Source: a virus. Taken from it: a stretch of 64,000 nucleotides of DNA. The DNA is taken from positions 13,151-77,150 of IMG/VR virus record IMGVR_UViG_3300025108_000029. One strand, written 5' to 3'. Below, one piece after another: positions 19,007 through 29,062 of the stretch (positions are counted from its first letter, which is position 1; every line of letters begins with the position of its first letter). The notes below the pieces were generated by a model. It searched no databases, was not told where the DNA came from, and saw only the letters and a program-made list of their open reading frames with translations. Position numbers and translations under genes: made by a program.

Positions 19007-19471
19007 ATGGCAACACAAACAGAAGTACACAAAGGCATGACAATCAGTTACGAAACTGGTGACTTTACTGACGGCACAGTTGATGTCCTCTTGGACCTTG
19101 ACTTGCGAACAGGAACACCAAATAGTGAAACAGGTTGGTTGGATGGTAACTCCGGTGGTTCTTACCCCGGTAATCTTACAGGTTTCAAAGCAAGTAACGC
19201 TGACGGCAATGCCGCTGGTAGTATGCGCTTGATTACTGTTGCATTCACACTCGCTGATGCGGCTGAACAAACAATGGTTTTCACCGCTGGTGTTTCAAAA
19301 ATTATTGGAATCCTCGGAACTACTTGTGCAGTAGCAGATAAGACACTATCCGCTACCTTTACCAATGTAGGTACTGCGGCTTTTGCTAAGACTGGTGGCG
19401 CACTTCCGGGCCTCACTCTTCACGGTGAAGCGGCTGGCGCAGGAACAGTTACAGCAATTGTACTCAATTGA
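19007..19471 (+). CDS. Putative capsid decoration/minor head protein
   Basis: Gly/Thr/Ala-rich beta protein immediately after MCP, with a near-identical leader sequence. Confidence 0.55.
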   Translation: MATQTEVHKGMTISYETGDFTDGTVDVLLDLDLRTGTPNSETGWLDGNSGGSYPGNLTGFKASNADGNAAGSMRLITVAFTLADAAEQTMVFTAGVSKIIGILGTTCAVADKTLSATFTNVGTAAFAKTGGALPGLTLHGEAAGAGTVTAIVLN

Positions 19472-19481
19472 GGTGGGCTAA

Positions 19482-19862
19482 ATGCCTACTGTTACCTTTT
19501 TAGGTCCGTTCTTTGAGCGACCGATGCGACATACAATGGGTATGTGGACTCGTGGTGAAATAGTCGAAGTAAGTCAACAATGGCTTGACGAATGGCGACA
19601 TACACTGCCTACTTCACTCTTTTTGATTGAAGGTGAAGAAGAAAATACCACAGACGCAGGTAATGACGGTTTACCCGACACAGGGTGGAGTCGTAAAGAC
19701 ATTATCACATGGTTAAGGAATAAAAATATCTCGACAGGAAGCGGTTATCTCACGAAGACAGCCGGACTTAAACTTGTAGAAGAATATTTGAATCCCGCAC
19801 CCGTTGAGGAAACTTTAAGTCAAGTCGAAGACACCACAGAAACAACAGGAGATGAAGAATAA
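19482..19862 (+). CDS. Hypothetical protein with HeH/SAP-like helical motif
   Basis: WSRKDIITWLRNKNI....TKTAGLKLV pattern; SD GAGGTG. Confidence 0.55.
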   Translation: MPTVTFLGPFFERPMRHTMGMWTRGEIVEVSQQWLDEWRHTLPTSLFLIEGEEENTTDAGNDGLPDTGWSRKDIITWLRNKNISTGSGYLTKTAGLKLVEEYLNPAPVEETLSQVEDTTETTGDEE

Positions 19863-20188
19863 TGGCCGCAAGCACAGCAACAATTGACCCCCGACCAAGC
19901 GTATTTGGAGATAGAATGATTATAACCGGTAGTTTTACTGCTGGTGACACAGGAGTTCTCGCAATTGATTTAAGTTCCCACTTTTCAAGCATTGATATGG
20001 CACATGCTAATTTTGCAGGTGACATCGCCCCAATGACAATCAATGATACAGGTGGTGCTGGCGACCAACAGGATGTCTTTATCAACCCACTTTGTAACAT
20101 TGATGGAACAAATGTACGCATCGCATCCGGTTTAGTCGGACACCCTCTAATCGCCGGAACTTTCATGGCAATCGGTCGTCGCTCTTGA
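19862..20188 (+). CDS. Small virion protein (hypothetical)
   Basis: Coupled ORF in the head-neck region; beta-rich. Confidence 0.6.
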   Translation: MAASTATIDPRPSVFGDRMIITGSFTAGDTGVLAIDLSSHFSSIDMAHANFAGDIAPMTINDTGGAGDQQDVFINPLCNIDGTNVRIASGLVGHPLIAGTFMAIGRRS

Positions 20189-20199
20189 GGTGATGACAA

Positions 20200-20403
20200 A
20201 TGGCTTCACTGACTAAAGTAGGCGTAAAGTGCTTTGGCCCTTTTTCACCTAAAGAAGTAAGCGCACCTGCTACATGGGCGGCGACGGTTGAAGACCTTAT
20301 CCAAGCGGTTGCTGATTCAAGCAGTACGAGTTCTGTAATTGATACCGAAGTGTTTCCTGTGTTGGGTAACATTTTTGTTATGGTGACATACCAACTCGCT
20401 TGA
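20200..20403 (+). CDS. Small hypothetical protein
   Basis: SD GAGGTGA upstream. Confidence 0.7.
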   Translation: MASLTKVGVKCFGPFSPKEVSAPATWAATVEDLIQAVADSSSTSSVIDTEVFPVLGNIFVMVTYQLA

Positions 20404-20414
20404 GGTGAGTAGGT

Positions 20415-20714
20415 ATGGGATTCGATGTTCGTTCTCTTGACCTTAGTGACATGGTTCGCTCGAAGAAGCAAGGCGTTAAAGTTGATACTGACTACGGTTC
20501 TTCGGCTGTAACGAATGAACAAAACCCACTTAAGGGTATTACATCTCAACAGCGTAACCGCAACCGTAATATCGGTGATGTGATGAACATAGGTGCGGGA
20601 ACACGCTGTAAGCACTGCGGCTTTCTTCATTTTCTATGGAGAGCCACATGTGGTAGTTGCGATAAACCAATGGAATATAACTTAGAAAATCGTGACGAAA
20701 AGAACAGGTTGTGA
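20415..20714 (+). CDS. Zn-ribbon protein (RanBP2-like spacing)
   Basis: RCKHCGFLHFLWRATCGSC; SD GAGGTGA. Confidence 0.7.
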   Translation: MGFDVRSLDLSDMVRSKKQGVKVDTDYGSSAVTNEQNPLKGITSQQRNRNRNIGDVMNIGAGTRCKHCGFLHFLWRATCGSCDKPMEYNLENRDEKNRL

Positions 20715-20718
20715 AAGG

Positions 20719-21402
20719 ATGAAAGTACTAATTAAAGCCGTAATGCCTCACCGACAAAAAGTTCTTACTCAAGACGGCCAAGAAATGCGCCTTCAACAAT
20801 GGGCGAACAAGCAAGCCGCTTCTGCTCTCCGTGGTGCTGGCGGCGATGCTCAAGGTGAACAATTCTCACAGTCTCGTGATATGCTCATGAGAGATGCTGT
20901 AGAGAACCCGGAGAAGCATGGACTAAAGTTTATGGGCGAGAGGCTACCCTTTGAGGGGCAAAACCTCCAAGAATCGCTTAGTGAACCTACTTTTGACAAC
21001 GAGGCTGATAAAGAAATAGCGGATTTTCACCATGAAGAAGAATTACGCACTCATGGTAAGGATGAAAGCGAAATAGAAAGGGATGCTCGTTATCCGGGTG
21101 GTGTTAAATTACCCGGAGAAGAATTGCCTAATTTGTTTGACAGTGAAGGTAAACTCCGTGATGGTATGCCGCCCGAAGAAGAAGAGTTCGACCCCGATGC
21201 CGAGGCTGAACACATGCGTCGTATCATGAACTCTCGTGATGTTCCTATGCGTGATGCTTGGAGTATATTGAAAAATGACGAGAAATGCCCGATTCATGGT
21301 GATAAATTAGAAATGACAGGCGACCATGCTCTTGATAATGAGACAGGACCATCGTTCTGTCCTACTTGTGCTAACATGACAGATAAAGAACGGCGAATGT
21401 GA
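20719..21402 (+). CDS. Acidic protein with AWxxLK tag and C-terminal Zn ribbon
   Basis: MKVLIKA start; MRDAWSILKN followed by CPIH..CPTC. Confidence 0.7.
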   Translation: MKVLIKAVMPHRQKVLTQDGQEMRLQQWANKQAASALRGAGGDAQGEQFSQSRDMLMRDAVENPEKHGLKFMGERLPFEGQNLQESLSEPTFDNEADKEIADFHHEEELRTHGKDESEIERDARYPGGVKLPGEELPNLFDSEGKLRDGMPPEEEEFDPDAEAEHMRRIMNSRDVPMRDAWSILKNDEKCPIHGDKLEMTGDHALDNETGPSFCPTCANMTDKERRM

Positions 21403-21415
21403 GGGGGGGTAATGT

Positions 21416-22990
21416 ATGCCAATAGTATTCAGTCCCGGTGAGCCGGAAACTCGGCCTCTCTACCCCTCCGAGACTGTGTACACTACCGCCCAAAAAGTCG
21501 CTGACCTACTCGACATTGGCCCAAGTGAGGCTGTTCTTGTCAGTTCCGACAGTGCTACTGATGGTGTGTTTGTCACTGGCGGCGACTATCGAAGTATAGG
21601 ATTCAGTGTAGGTGATACCATACTGATATACTCCGATGCTGACCCTATGGGTTTTGAAAAAGTTATTACTGCTATTACCAGTTCAGCCAGCGGTGTAAAA
21701 CTGGCTTTCAGTGGTAGTATTACGGCGGCTGACTACCAAGCGGCTGACAATACATATGTGCAAAATCAAGCATCGTTTACTGATGGGCGCACTCGTGGAA
21801 TGACGAAAACCAAAGTGGACCATGTTATTCTCAAAATGCAAGACCGCATAGACAATCTTACTCGCAACGCTTGGCGACCTTATTTGGTTTCAGCCGAGTA
21901 CATCAACTTCGATACCTACAAGCCATACCGACGACGATACTATACTGATTATGTCGGCACTGCACCCCTGCTTTTTAGGAATATTCAGCAAATCCTTCGC
22001 CTTGAACTATGGCAAGGTGCTGATTATCGTGAAATTGGTGCGGCAGAAGCCCGTATCAAGTTCAATGATGTTTCCGCCCTTGCTTCGGCGGCTGTTTACA
22101 TGTCACCCGGTAATGGTAAAGTAGCCACTCTCGCTCAAGGAACGGGTACAGGACAGTGGCGTGATGACTTTGATGCCGCTACCGTTGCTCAAAACTTTGC
22201 TGATTTAATCAATAAAGAAGACCGTGTAAGTAAAGCGGCTGTTGACTTCTTAACAACGGGTGGTACAGGTTATACTTTAGAAGGCTCAACATCTAATGTT
22301 GCTGTTCATAACGAGTTCTATGCTACTGCAAATGCTGACTATGGTACTGGTGTAGTCAAAGTTACAAGTATGCGGGGTGTAAAAAGCGGTGAAGTATGCA
22401 GTATGGTTACTACATCCTCGGACATCGAGATAGACCAAACGCAGACAAACAGCACTACTTTTTCAAGTCTTGATTCTACTACAGTCAATGTAGCATCTAC
22501 CACAGGTTTCGTAGATGCTGGCGTGGCTATAGATGCAAGCGGTGATGTGTTCCAATATACAGGTAAGACCGCTACATCATTTACAGGATGCGTAGCGGTC
22601 ACAGGTACTTTAGGTGCTATAACAGGGACTATCACTCAACAATCACTCTTGGTTGACCTACAGGGTGGTAGTGGTAGCGGTGACAGCGCACGACTCCGTG
22701 ATTGGTGGCTCGACCATGAAATGGGTATTATTTACTTCAACAACTCTTATCCTTTCTTTGAATGGAATGCTATTAAAACAAGTTACATTTACGGTGAAAG
22801 GTATTTAGAAAAGGCCATTGAAGACATCTGTACAAAAATGGTAGCAATTGAATTACTCATGTCCGATGACCGTTCAGTGCTTATTCCCGAAGGAACTCAA
22901 AACATTGACCTTGCCAGCAAGGTGCAACTCTACCAAGCCGAGATTGACCGAACCCTACCAAAGTATGTTGAAATGGTGGTCTTTGAATGA
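21416..22990 (+). CDS. Putative head-tail adaptor/neck protein with inserted beta domains
   Basis: YTTAQKVADLL N-terminus and SYIYG..IEDICTKMVA C-terminus resemble gp6/gp15-type adaptors; position after the capsid genes. Confidence 0.6.
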   Translation: MPIVFSPGEPETRPLYPSETVYTTAQKVADLLDIGPSEAVLVSSDSATDGVFVTGGDYRSIGFSVGDTILIYSDADPMGFEKVITAITSSASGVKLAFSGSITAADYQAADNTYVQNQASFTDGRTRGMTKTKVDHVILKMQDRIDNLTRNAWRPYLVSAEYINFDTYKPYRRRYYTDYVGTAPLLFRNIQQILRLELWQGADYREIGAAEARIKFNDVSALASAAVYMSPGNGKVATLAQGTGTGQWRDDFDAATVAQNFADLINKEDRVSKAAVDFLTTGGTGYTLEGSTSNVAVHNEFYATANADYGTGVVKVTSMRGVKSGEVCSMVTTSSDIEIDQTQTNSTTFSSLDSTTVNVASTTGFVDAGVAIDASGDVFQYTGKTATSFTGCVAVTGTLGAITGTITQQSLLVDLQGGSGSGDSARLRDWWLDHEMGIIYFNNSYPFFEWNAIKTSYIYGERYLEKAIEDICTKMVAIELLMSDDRSVLIPEGTQNIDLASKVQLYQAEIDRTLPKYVEMVVFE

Positions 22991-23358
22991 GCGTGAGAGA
23001 GTTCACCAAAGCCGGAGACAACTTTCACACTCAACTTACTCAAATGTATGTTAAAGACAAGCAGTTGCAACAGCAAATGCGAGATGAGTTTACTCAAGAA
23101 CCCGAAGACTTTCGGAAAAGAATGATGGACATAGAGGCTACTGCTCAAGGATTACAGAAAACTGATAGTGGTTACTTTAACACTTCAAGTAGAAAACAAG
23201 CCACTGACAAAGAAATGGAAAAGTTACTGAAAGCCACCGATGATGCCATGCTACGGCAAAATCCAAAAATGGCGGAAAATAACCTTCAATTTAAGGATGG
23301 TTTTATTATTCCTTTACACTTCAAAGAACTTAGCGACAAAATAGAAGGTGGTATCTAA
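22987..23358 (+). CDS. Hypothetical neck-region protein
   Basis: Overlaps both neighbours (ATGA, TAATG). Confidence 0.65.
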   Translation: MSVREFTKAGDNFHTQLTQMYVKDKQLQQQMRDEFTQEPEDFRKRMMDIEATAQGLQKTDSGYFNTSSRKQATDKEMEKLLKATDDAMLRQNPKMAENNLQFKDGFIIPLHFKELSDKIEGGI

Positions 23359-23807
23359 TGGTAGCGACATGGACTGAATCACTCGATGTTGTCATAGGTT
23401 TATTTCAAACTGAATGGAATAGGGCGAACACCAGTAATGTACGCCCCGTAGTGCTTGATATTGCAGACACTTCGCCGGAAAGAGGAAAGCGGCTTGACCT
23501 TCAACGGCATGATTATGTCCTGTGCTACGAGACAGCGCACAACGAAGAAGCACCCGAATTATTCTACGATTTTGTCACTTCTCGTATCAATATCACCGTT
23601 GACATGCGAACAATTAAGGGTAGGAAGCATCTGCAAGCACTTGAGAACGAAGTGCGTAGGGTAGTTCATAGTAAGCGAAAGGGGGATGGAGTAAGTTTTG
23701 ACCGTTTAGTTTTCAAGACCCGCACCGACCTTTCCGACCGTAGCAAGCAATTATTCCGCATGACATTCCAAATAGAAGTAGTAATTCTCGCAGAAGCAAT
23801 ACCATGA
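23358..23807 (+). CDS. Putative tail terminator/completion protein
   Basis: 149 aa, directly before the tail tube; alpha/beta pattern ending FRMTFQIEV. Confidence 0.55.
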   Translation: MVATWTESLDVVIGLFQTEWNRANTSNVRPVVLDIADTSPERGKRLDLQRHDYVLCYETAHNEEAPELFYDFVTSRINITVDMRTIKGRKHLQALENEVRRVVHSKRKGDGVSFDRLVFKTRTDLSDRSKQLFRMTFQIEVVILAEAIP

Positions 23808-23817
23808 GTTGATTAAC

Positions 23818-25710
23818 ATGCCAAGCACAGTGTATAAGGGAGATTTAGCAGAAGTATCATTTGCACCGGAAACGGGTATGGTAATTCGTGATAACACTGA
23901 TGCGTCAATCGCTGTTCAAAACATCGGAAACAACATTACTAAAATTACCTTTTCAAATCAAAATAATTCTGCTCTTTTTGACAGTAGTGCTAAGTTGAGA
24001 TACCCGAAAAATATGCTTGTAGGTTCGCAATTGATATTTGAAGCGGCAGGTAGTAGTGCTATAAATGTAGGAGATTTACCCGATACTGGTAACGGTGGTC
24101 GTGTTTTTACTATTGTAGAAAACGATGGTGTTACTATGAAAATTACACCCGCTATGATTACCAGTATTGGAGGGAGTGTTAATTTTAGTAATAACGATAC
24201 AATCCATATTTTACCCTACAAAACTCCACCAATGAATGTAGATATGACACACACGACAGCAGGTGAATCAGTCAAAACAGACCAGTTCTTGGGTATTGCT
24301 ACGGCTCTTACTCTACCGGAAACTAAAGTGGACTTGAAGCGATTTCATGTTGTAGGGCTTGGCCGAGATGTAAGTGTACAAGTTCCCGGCAAACTTACCA
24401 ATGAAGGTGGCTCATTTGAAGTCGCTATGCATTCTGCTCGATGGTTGAAATACTGTCTTGGACATGAATTGATTTCATCACCCGATAGTGGCAGTGTAGC
24501 AACTACTCTTTCTGCGGAGTCTTTTGCTGGACAATCACATATCGTTGTAACGAATAAAACGGGCATTGCGGTGAATGATTATATTGAAATCCGTGATGAA
24601 GCACCTCTCGTACCTATTGTAAGCGACCATGAACCCGATGCAGACTCATCATCAGCATGGGCAGGGAATATGACTGATTTTTTGTTTGACAACGCTAAAC
24701 CGCATGAAGTACGAAGAGTCATTGGTATTTCATCAGTTGACAACAGACTATACTTGGATGAACCGTTGCTTTACCCTCATGCAAACAGTACTGATATAGA
24801 AGTTCGTGACCCCGATACTACGGGTTCTTTACCTGTTATAGTAACATCAGCAGGTGTCATTACTAATCCAGTTAAAAAATTACTTTTCTCACGCACTACT
24901 CAACCTTCGTTTGCTCTTGAAGTATCTCAACGCCGAAGAGACATGGACTCCGATGAATCAACTACAGATGGTGGAGTTGGAGATACAAAAGAATTGACTC
25001 GTGTTTTCCGTGGTTGTAAGGTTACAGACTTTACCATGACAACCGACAACGATGCGGCACTGCGCCTTGCCGTTAATTTTAATGCGGCTCTTTGCTACAC
25101 CGATACTGGTCGTTTAGAGGCAACACCAATTACTCGCTACGCTTCTCACCGTATGTTTGACGATACCGCTAATACAGCGCAAGGTCGTATTAACTCCGGC
25201 ATTGCATTGGGAACACAGAAACCGTTTATGTTTTACAACGGTAGCATTACATTGGCCGGACAACAAGTTGCTCAAGTCATGAACTTTTCATTAACAGGAC
25301 AAACAGGTATGCAAGCGTTCCATACCATTAACGGTCACTATCAAGCAAGTTCGGCTTCTACCGACCAAGTGCCATTTGCTGGTGCAAGGAACGCAAACCT
25401 CATGGTTGAAGGTCAAACATCGTATGAAATGACTATGGAGATTGCAGTTGATGACCCACTTTTCTATCATAAAATGCGTACAGGAACCGAGTTTAGTGTT
25501 AATGGTGAAGGTGATTCAACAACCAATCAAATCCGTATTATATTTGAAAAGAACCTTACTGGTGAAAAAATGGTGTTATTGATTGATGATTACTACATTA
25601 TCGAAGCACCGTTACAAATCCCCGAAGACAAAGGTGTAGTAAAATCAACACTCAAGATTATGCCAAAATCAATCAAGGTTTTAGCAAGTGACGCAGTACC
25701 AAAGTATTGA
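23818..25710 (+). CDS. Major tail (tube) protein with inserted accessory domains
   Basis: PSFALE, RVFRGCKV and PFMFYNGSITL motifs of siphoviral tube proteins; position before chaperones and tape measure. Confidence 0.7.
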   Translation: MPSTVYKGDLAEVSFAPETGMVIRDNTDASIAVQNIGNNITKITFSNQNNSALFDSSAKLRYPKNMLVGSQLIFEAAGSSAINVGDLPDTGNGGRVFTIVENDGVTMKITPAMITSIGGSVNFSNNDTIHILPYKTPPMNVDMTHTTAGESVKTDQFLGIATALTLPETKVDLKRFHVVGLGRDVSVQVPGKLTNEGGSFEVAMHSARWLKYCLGHELISSPDSGSVATTLSAESFAGQSHIVVTNKTGIAVNDYIEIRDEAPLVPIVSDHEPDADSSSAWAGNMTDFLFDNAKPHEVRRVIGISSVDNRLYLDEPLLYPHANSTDIEVRDPDTTGSLPVIVTSAGVITNPVKKLLFSRTTQPSFALEVSQRRRDMDSDESTTDGGVGDTKELTRVFRGCKVTDFTMTTDNDAALRLAVNFNAALCYTDTGRLEATPITRYASHRMFDDTANTAQGRINSGIALGTQKPFMFYNGSITLAGQQVAQVMNFSLTGQTGMQAFHTINGHYQASSASTDQVPFAGARNANLMVEGQTSYEMTMEIAVDDPLFYHKMRTGTEFSVNGEGDSTTNQIRIIFEKNLTGEKMVLLIDDYYIIEAPLQIPEDKGVVKSTLKIMPKSIKVLASDAVPKY

Positions 25711-25719
25711 GGTGAAAAT

Positions 25720-26205
25720 ATGAAGCAATCACTACAGAAATACCGCCGCCTCGGACCAGTTGGATATGCTAAGTGGATGATTAAGGCAAACGGTCTTGAC
25801 TTAGTGGAGGCTGACATTGACTGTGCTTCAAATCACACCATTCACGCCGCTATTGCTGACATCCTCAACAACCCCGTTGAAGTGATTGAAGAAGAAATTA
25901 ACCCACTGGTGCAAGAAGAAACACCATCCCCCTTCGTCGTTGACGAAGTACAATACGATTCCCTTACTGTCGCTGAATTGCGAAAACTATGTAAAGAACG
26001 AGGCTTGCCTGTTTATGGCACTAAAGCCGAGATAGTTTTGCGACTCAACCAAGACGACGAGGGTGTGACTGACGGCCCTACCGAAGAGGTAGCCCCCGAA
26101 GAAACGCCGGATGCCCCCACCGAAGAGGTGGCCGCACCCAATGGAAGTGAAATAGATGAGCAAGAAACAAGTAGTGATGAACAAGAGCCTATTATTGAAG
26201 AATGA
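25720..26205 (+). CDS. SAP-domain protein with acidic tail
   Basis: YDSLTVAELRKLCKERGLPVYGTKAEIVLRL matches the SAP consensus. Confidence 0.8.
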   Translation: MKQSLQKYRRLGPVGYAKWMIKANGLDLVEADIDCASNHTIHAAIADILNNPVEVIEEEINPLVQEETPSPFVVDEVQYDSLTVAELRKLCKERGLPVYGTKAEIVLRLNQDDEGVTDGPTEEVAPEETPDAPTEEVAAPNGSEIDEQETSSDEQEPIIEE

Positions 26206-26530
26206 CGATGTTACCAAGCACACGATTCGGGTTGACCCCGATGACGAAAGTGCCGTAATTGAAGTATGGGTTCGTGAAATATCATTCCTTGACATCCAAG
26301 CCGCCGCACAAGAAATGTTCCTTGTATCAAACGGCGATGTAGCATTGAACTTGAAAGGCTACTGGCAATTCGCATTCACCCATTGGGTTACTAAAACTAA
26401 TCCATCCTTGACTACAGAAGAAATGCTGTCTCTCAAGGGTTATGTCGGTGAGCAACTCTCCAAAGTGCTACCGCAACCTAATGAGATGGCGGAGGCTTTG
26501 CAAGGGGGGTTTACGAAGCCGACCGAGTGA
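26156..26530 (+). CDS. Putative tail assembly chaperone (G-like)
   Basis: Located between tube and tape measure; ends at a GGGGGGTTT run. Confidence 0.6.
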   Translation: MSKKQVVMNKSLLLKNDDVTKHTIRVDPDDESAVIEVWVREISFLDIQAAAQEMFLVSNGDVALNLKGYWQFAFTHWVTKTNPSLTTEEMLSLKGYVGEQLSKVLPQPNEMAEALQGGFTKPTE

Positions 26531-26811
26531 GGGTCGAGAAGTTTCTTCGTAAGGATAAAATTGACAGTGAAAGTGATTTAACAACTCAAGTAGAACTTTG
26601 GGCCTATACAATCGCTAAACATTATTCAATATCCTTGCTTGAAGTTTACTCAATGCCCCCTCGGTTATTCAAGCAATCACTCGTTTGGGCGATGGTTGCA
26701 ACCGAAGAAGAGAAAAAGAAAACCGAACATAGCAAACAACAGGCGAAGGCAGGTGACAGGGAGATGGTAAGTTTGGATTACTCGTTTTTGGATTGGGAGG
26801 GTACTGAATGA
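26527..26811 (+). CDS. Putative tail assembly chaperone extension (T-like), in the -1 frame
   Basis: IAKHYSISLLEVYSMP is typical of T-type chaperone segments; frame open from 26485. Confidence 0.55.
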   Translation: MRVEKFLRKDKIDSESDLTTQVELWAYTIAKHYSISLLEVYSMPPRLFKQSLVWAMVATEEEKKKTEHSKQQAKAGDREMVSLDYSFLDWEGTE

Positions 26812-27845
26812 CACTCTTAGCCACCCTCGCCTCCATGTCAACGATGGTAAACAGCATCGGACCAGCGTTCAAAGGTATAGGCCAAATTGCAAAGAAAATG
26901 TTCAGCGACCTCAAAACATTCGTTAATGATAAGTTCATCAAGCCACTCAAAGAGCAACTCGACGGCATCAAAGAATGGTGGGGTGGATTCAAGGAGACTG
27001 TCATTGAAAAGTGGCAGGGTATCAAGGATTTTATTAGCGACAATGTAGTTGCACCCATACAAGAAAAATGGCAGGGTATCAAGGACTTCATTAGTGATAA
27101 TGTAGTTGACCCTGTACAAGAAAAATGGAATGGGTTGAAGGAATGGTTTGGTGGACTTAAGGATTCAGTTGTTGAAAAGTTTACTACGATTAGAAACTTC
27201 ATTATGGACAAAGTAGTTGGCCCTGTTATGGCAAAATGGGAAGCACTTACAGGTAGAATTACAGGTCTTAAGTCGAGTGCAATCGCTACATTTGGTAGCA
27301 TTAGAGATACTATAACAGGCGTTTTAAGTAATTTATGGGATGCAATACCCACCATACCGGATTTTTTAACTCTCGATTATTGGAAAGGGCTTGCTAAAGA
27401 CATCGGTGCTTCGTTAAGCGGTATCGGTGATTCAATTATTAGTGGTATCAAAACGGGTATCAACGCTCTCATTGGTTTGTTTAACGACCTATTGGCGGGT
27501 ATCAACTTCAATAAAACTGTAACCAATCCCTTTACCGGTACAGAATATTCATTTGGAGTTGATTTGTCCGACTGGCAAATACCTCAATTAGCCAAGGGTG
27601 GTATCGTCAACAAGCCTACACTCGCTATGATTGGTGAGGATGGGCCGGAAGCGGTCGTACCTCTAAGCCAACGCAACAACCCCGGTGGGGCTGGTATGGG
27701 CGGTGGTACATACAACATCACCGTCAACGCCGGAGGTATTACAGACCGCACAGACAAGAGAGCATTAGCGAGAGAGATTGGTAACATGATTCAACAAGAA
27801 CTCGCTCGCAGTATTGGCGGCTCAACCATGAGAGGGCGATACTGA
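26808..27845 (+). CDS. Tape measure protein (short)
   Basis: 11/22-aa Trp-periodic amphipathic repeats (EKWQGIKDFISDNVV); C-terminal LAKGGIV..PT.AMIGEDGPEAVVPL motif. Confidence 0.8.
   Translation: MTLLATLASMSTMVNSIGPAFKGIGQIAKKMFSDLKTFVNDKFIKPLKEQLDGIKEWWGGFKETVIEKWQGIKDFISDNVVAPIQEKWQGIKDFISDNVVDPVQEKWNGLKEWFGGLKDSVVEKFTTIRNFIMDKVVGPVMAKWEALTGRITGLKSSAIATFGSIRDTITGVLSNLWDAIPTIPDFLTLDYWKGLAKDIGASLSGIGDSIISGIKTGINALIGLFNDLLAGINFNKTVTNPFTGTEYSFGVDLSDWQIPQLAKGGIVNKPTLAMIGEDGPEAVVPLSQRNNPGGAGMGGGTYNITVNAGGITDRTDKRALAREIGNMIQQELARSIGGSTMRGRY
27005..27130 (+). repeat. 66-bp tandem repeat within the tape measure gene
   Basis: GAAAA(G/A)TGGCAGGGTATCAAGGA(T/C)TT(T/C)ATTAG(C/T)GA(C/T)AATGTAGTTG occurs twice, plus a partial third unit. 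Confidence 0.85.
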
Positions 27846-29053
27846 TGCCGACAAATATTCCTGTTCGATTGGTGCGTAAAGACGGTGGATTGATACCGCT
27901 GAATGTTACCACCCTTACACTGGATGTTGACCGTAGTATCAACCCGCATACCATACCCTTTGCTGGTGGTGAGCGTTTTGCTTTTGATTTGAACATGGCT
28001 AAAGCGGTTATTCTTTTAGAAGGTGTCATTACTGATGATGATTTAGTAAGTGTGGAACTTGGTAGAAGTGCAAAAGCGAGTATTGATTTTTCCACCACTG
28101 GTACAGAAGGAGTGAGAAGTGCTGTATCGGGTAGAATAAACCAAATCCATCAACCGTTTGTTGGTAGTACATTAACAGCATTGGTGGCAGGATTAACTGC
28201 TGATGATTTTGCAGATACAGGAATACCTCAACTTACTATACAAGCAAAAGACGGAACTTCTTACATAATTTTCTTTATCAAATCCAATACAACATACGGG
28301 TATGATTTAGGTAGTAGTGGTAAATATCATGTTTCGATAGGACAGGCTGATGGCACTATGCGTACAGCCGTTGAAATTGCTGGATATTTAAGAGATTTAA
28401 TCAACAGTAGTGCAAATAGTAATGCTCTTAGTAGTAGATTTACGGCTACAAGAGTTGACTCTACCAATACAGACGAAGCAGACACCACCGTAGTTATTAC
28501 CCTTGATACAGCGGGTAGAGTAAACGGTAATAACACACCTACTTGGGAGGCTAAAAACCGCCGACCACCACTTTCGGAGTTTTTTACAGGAGGTGTTGAT
28601 ACTGCTTCGGAGTTTACAAGTATGAGTGCGGGTGACAAAGTAATGTCGCTTTACGCTACACTTAACAATTCCAATGACGGTGGTTCTATTGTACCTTTAG
28701 TAGCAGGGGCGCAATATGCACAACAAGTGTTTACAGGTGGTAGTAAATTAAACAAAAAATACGGTGATTACATAAAAGGTATTCAAATACCGTTTAATTC
28801 AACCGTTAATAATACAACAGGTGACAAATATGTGGCGAAAAACTTCTTTATGCCTACTGGTCCATTTCACGACATAGATTCAAAACATCCAAATAAAGCC
28901 AAGGATGCTTCTTCAAGAGTAGTAAATCCAAACGCTACTGGTGATAAAGCGTTCATTAAAGGTACGGTAACTAAAGCCACTTTTGTACAATTGGGTGGCG
29001 AGCCTATCTATCAATTTAACATTCAATTTGTTCCTGTAGAGCATATCATATGA
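27845..29053 (+). CDS. Putative distal tail/tail-tip protein
   Basis: Directly after the tape measure; N- and C-terminal beta segments flank an insertion. Confidence 0.5.
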   Translation: MPTNIPVRLVRKDGGLIPLNVTTLTLDVDRSINPHTIPFAGGERFAFDLNMAKAVILLEGVITDDDLVSVELGRSAKASIDFSTTGTEGVRSAVSGRINQIHQPFVGSTLTALVAGLTADDFADTGIPQLTIQAKDGTSYIIFFIKSNTTYGYDLGSSGKYHVSIGQADGTMRTAVEIAGYLRDLINSSANSNALSSRFTATRVDSTNTDEADTTVVITLDTAGRVNGNNTPTWEAKNRRPPLSEFFTGGVDTASEFTSMSAGDKVMSLYATLNNSNDGGSIVPLVAGAQYAQQVFTGGSKLNKKYGDYIKGIQIPFNSTVNNTTGDKYVAKNFFMPTGPFHDIDSKHPNKAKDASSRVVNPNATGDKAFIKGTVTKATFVQLGGEPIYQFNIQFVPVEHII

Positions 29054-29062
29054 GGTGTAATT

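Noticed and set aside
23818-25710. Contractile tail sheath (myovirus), suggested by the 630-aa size
   Set aside because: Motifs match tube proteins with insertions; no separate tube gene or baseplate wedge (J-like) gene was recognised.
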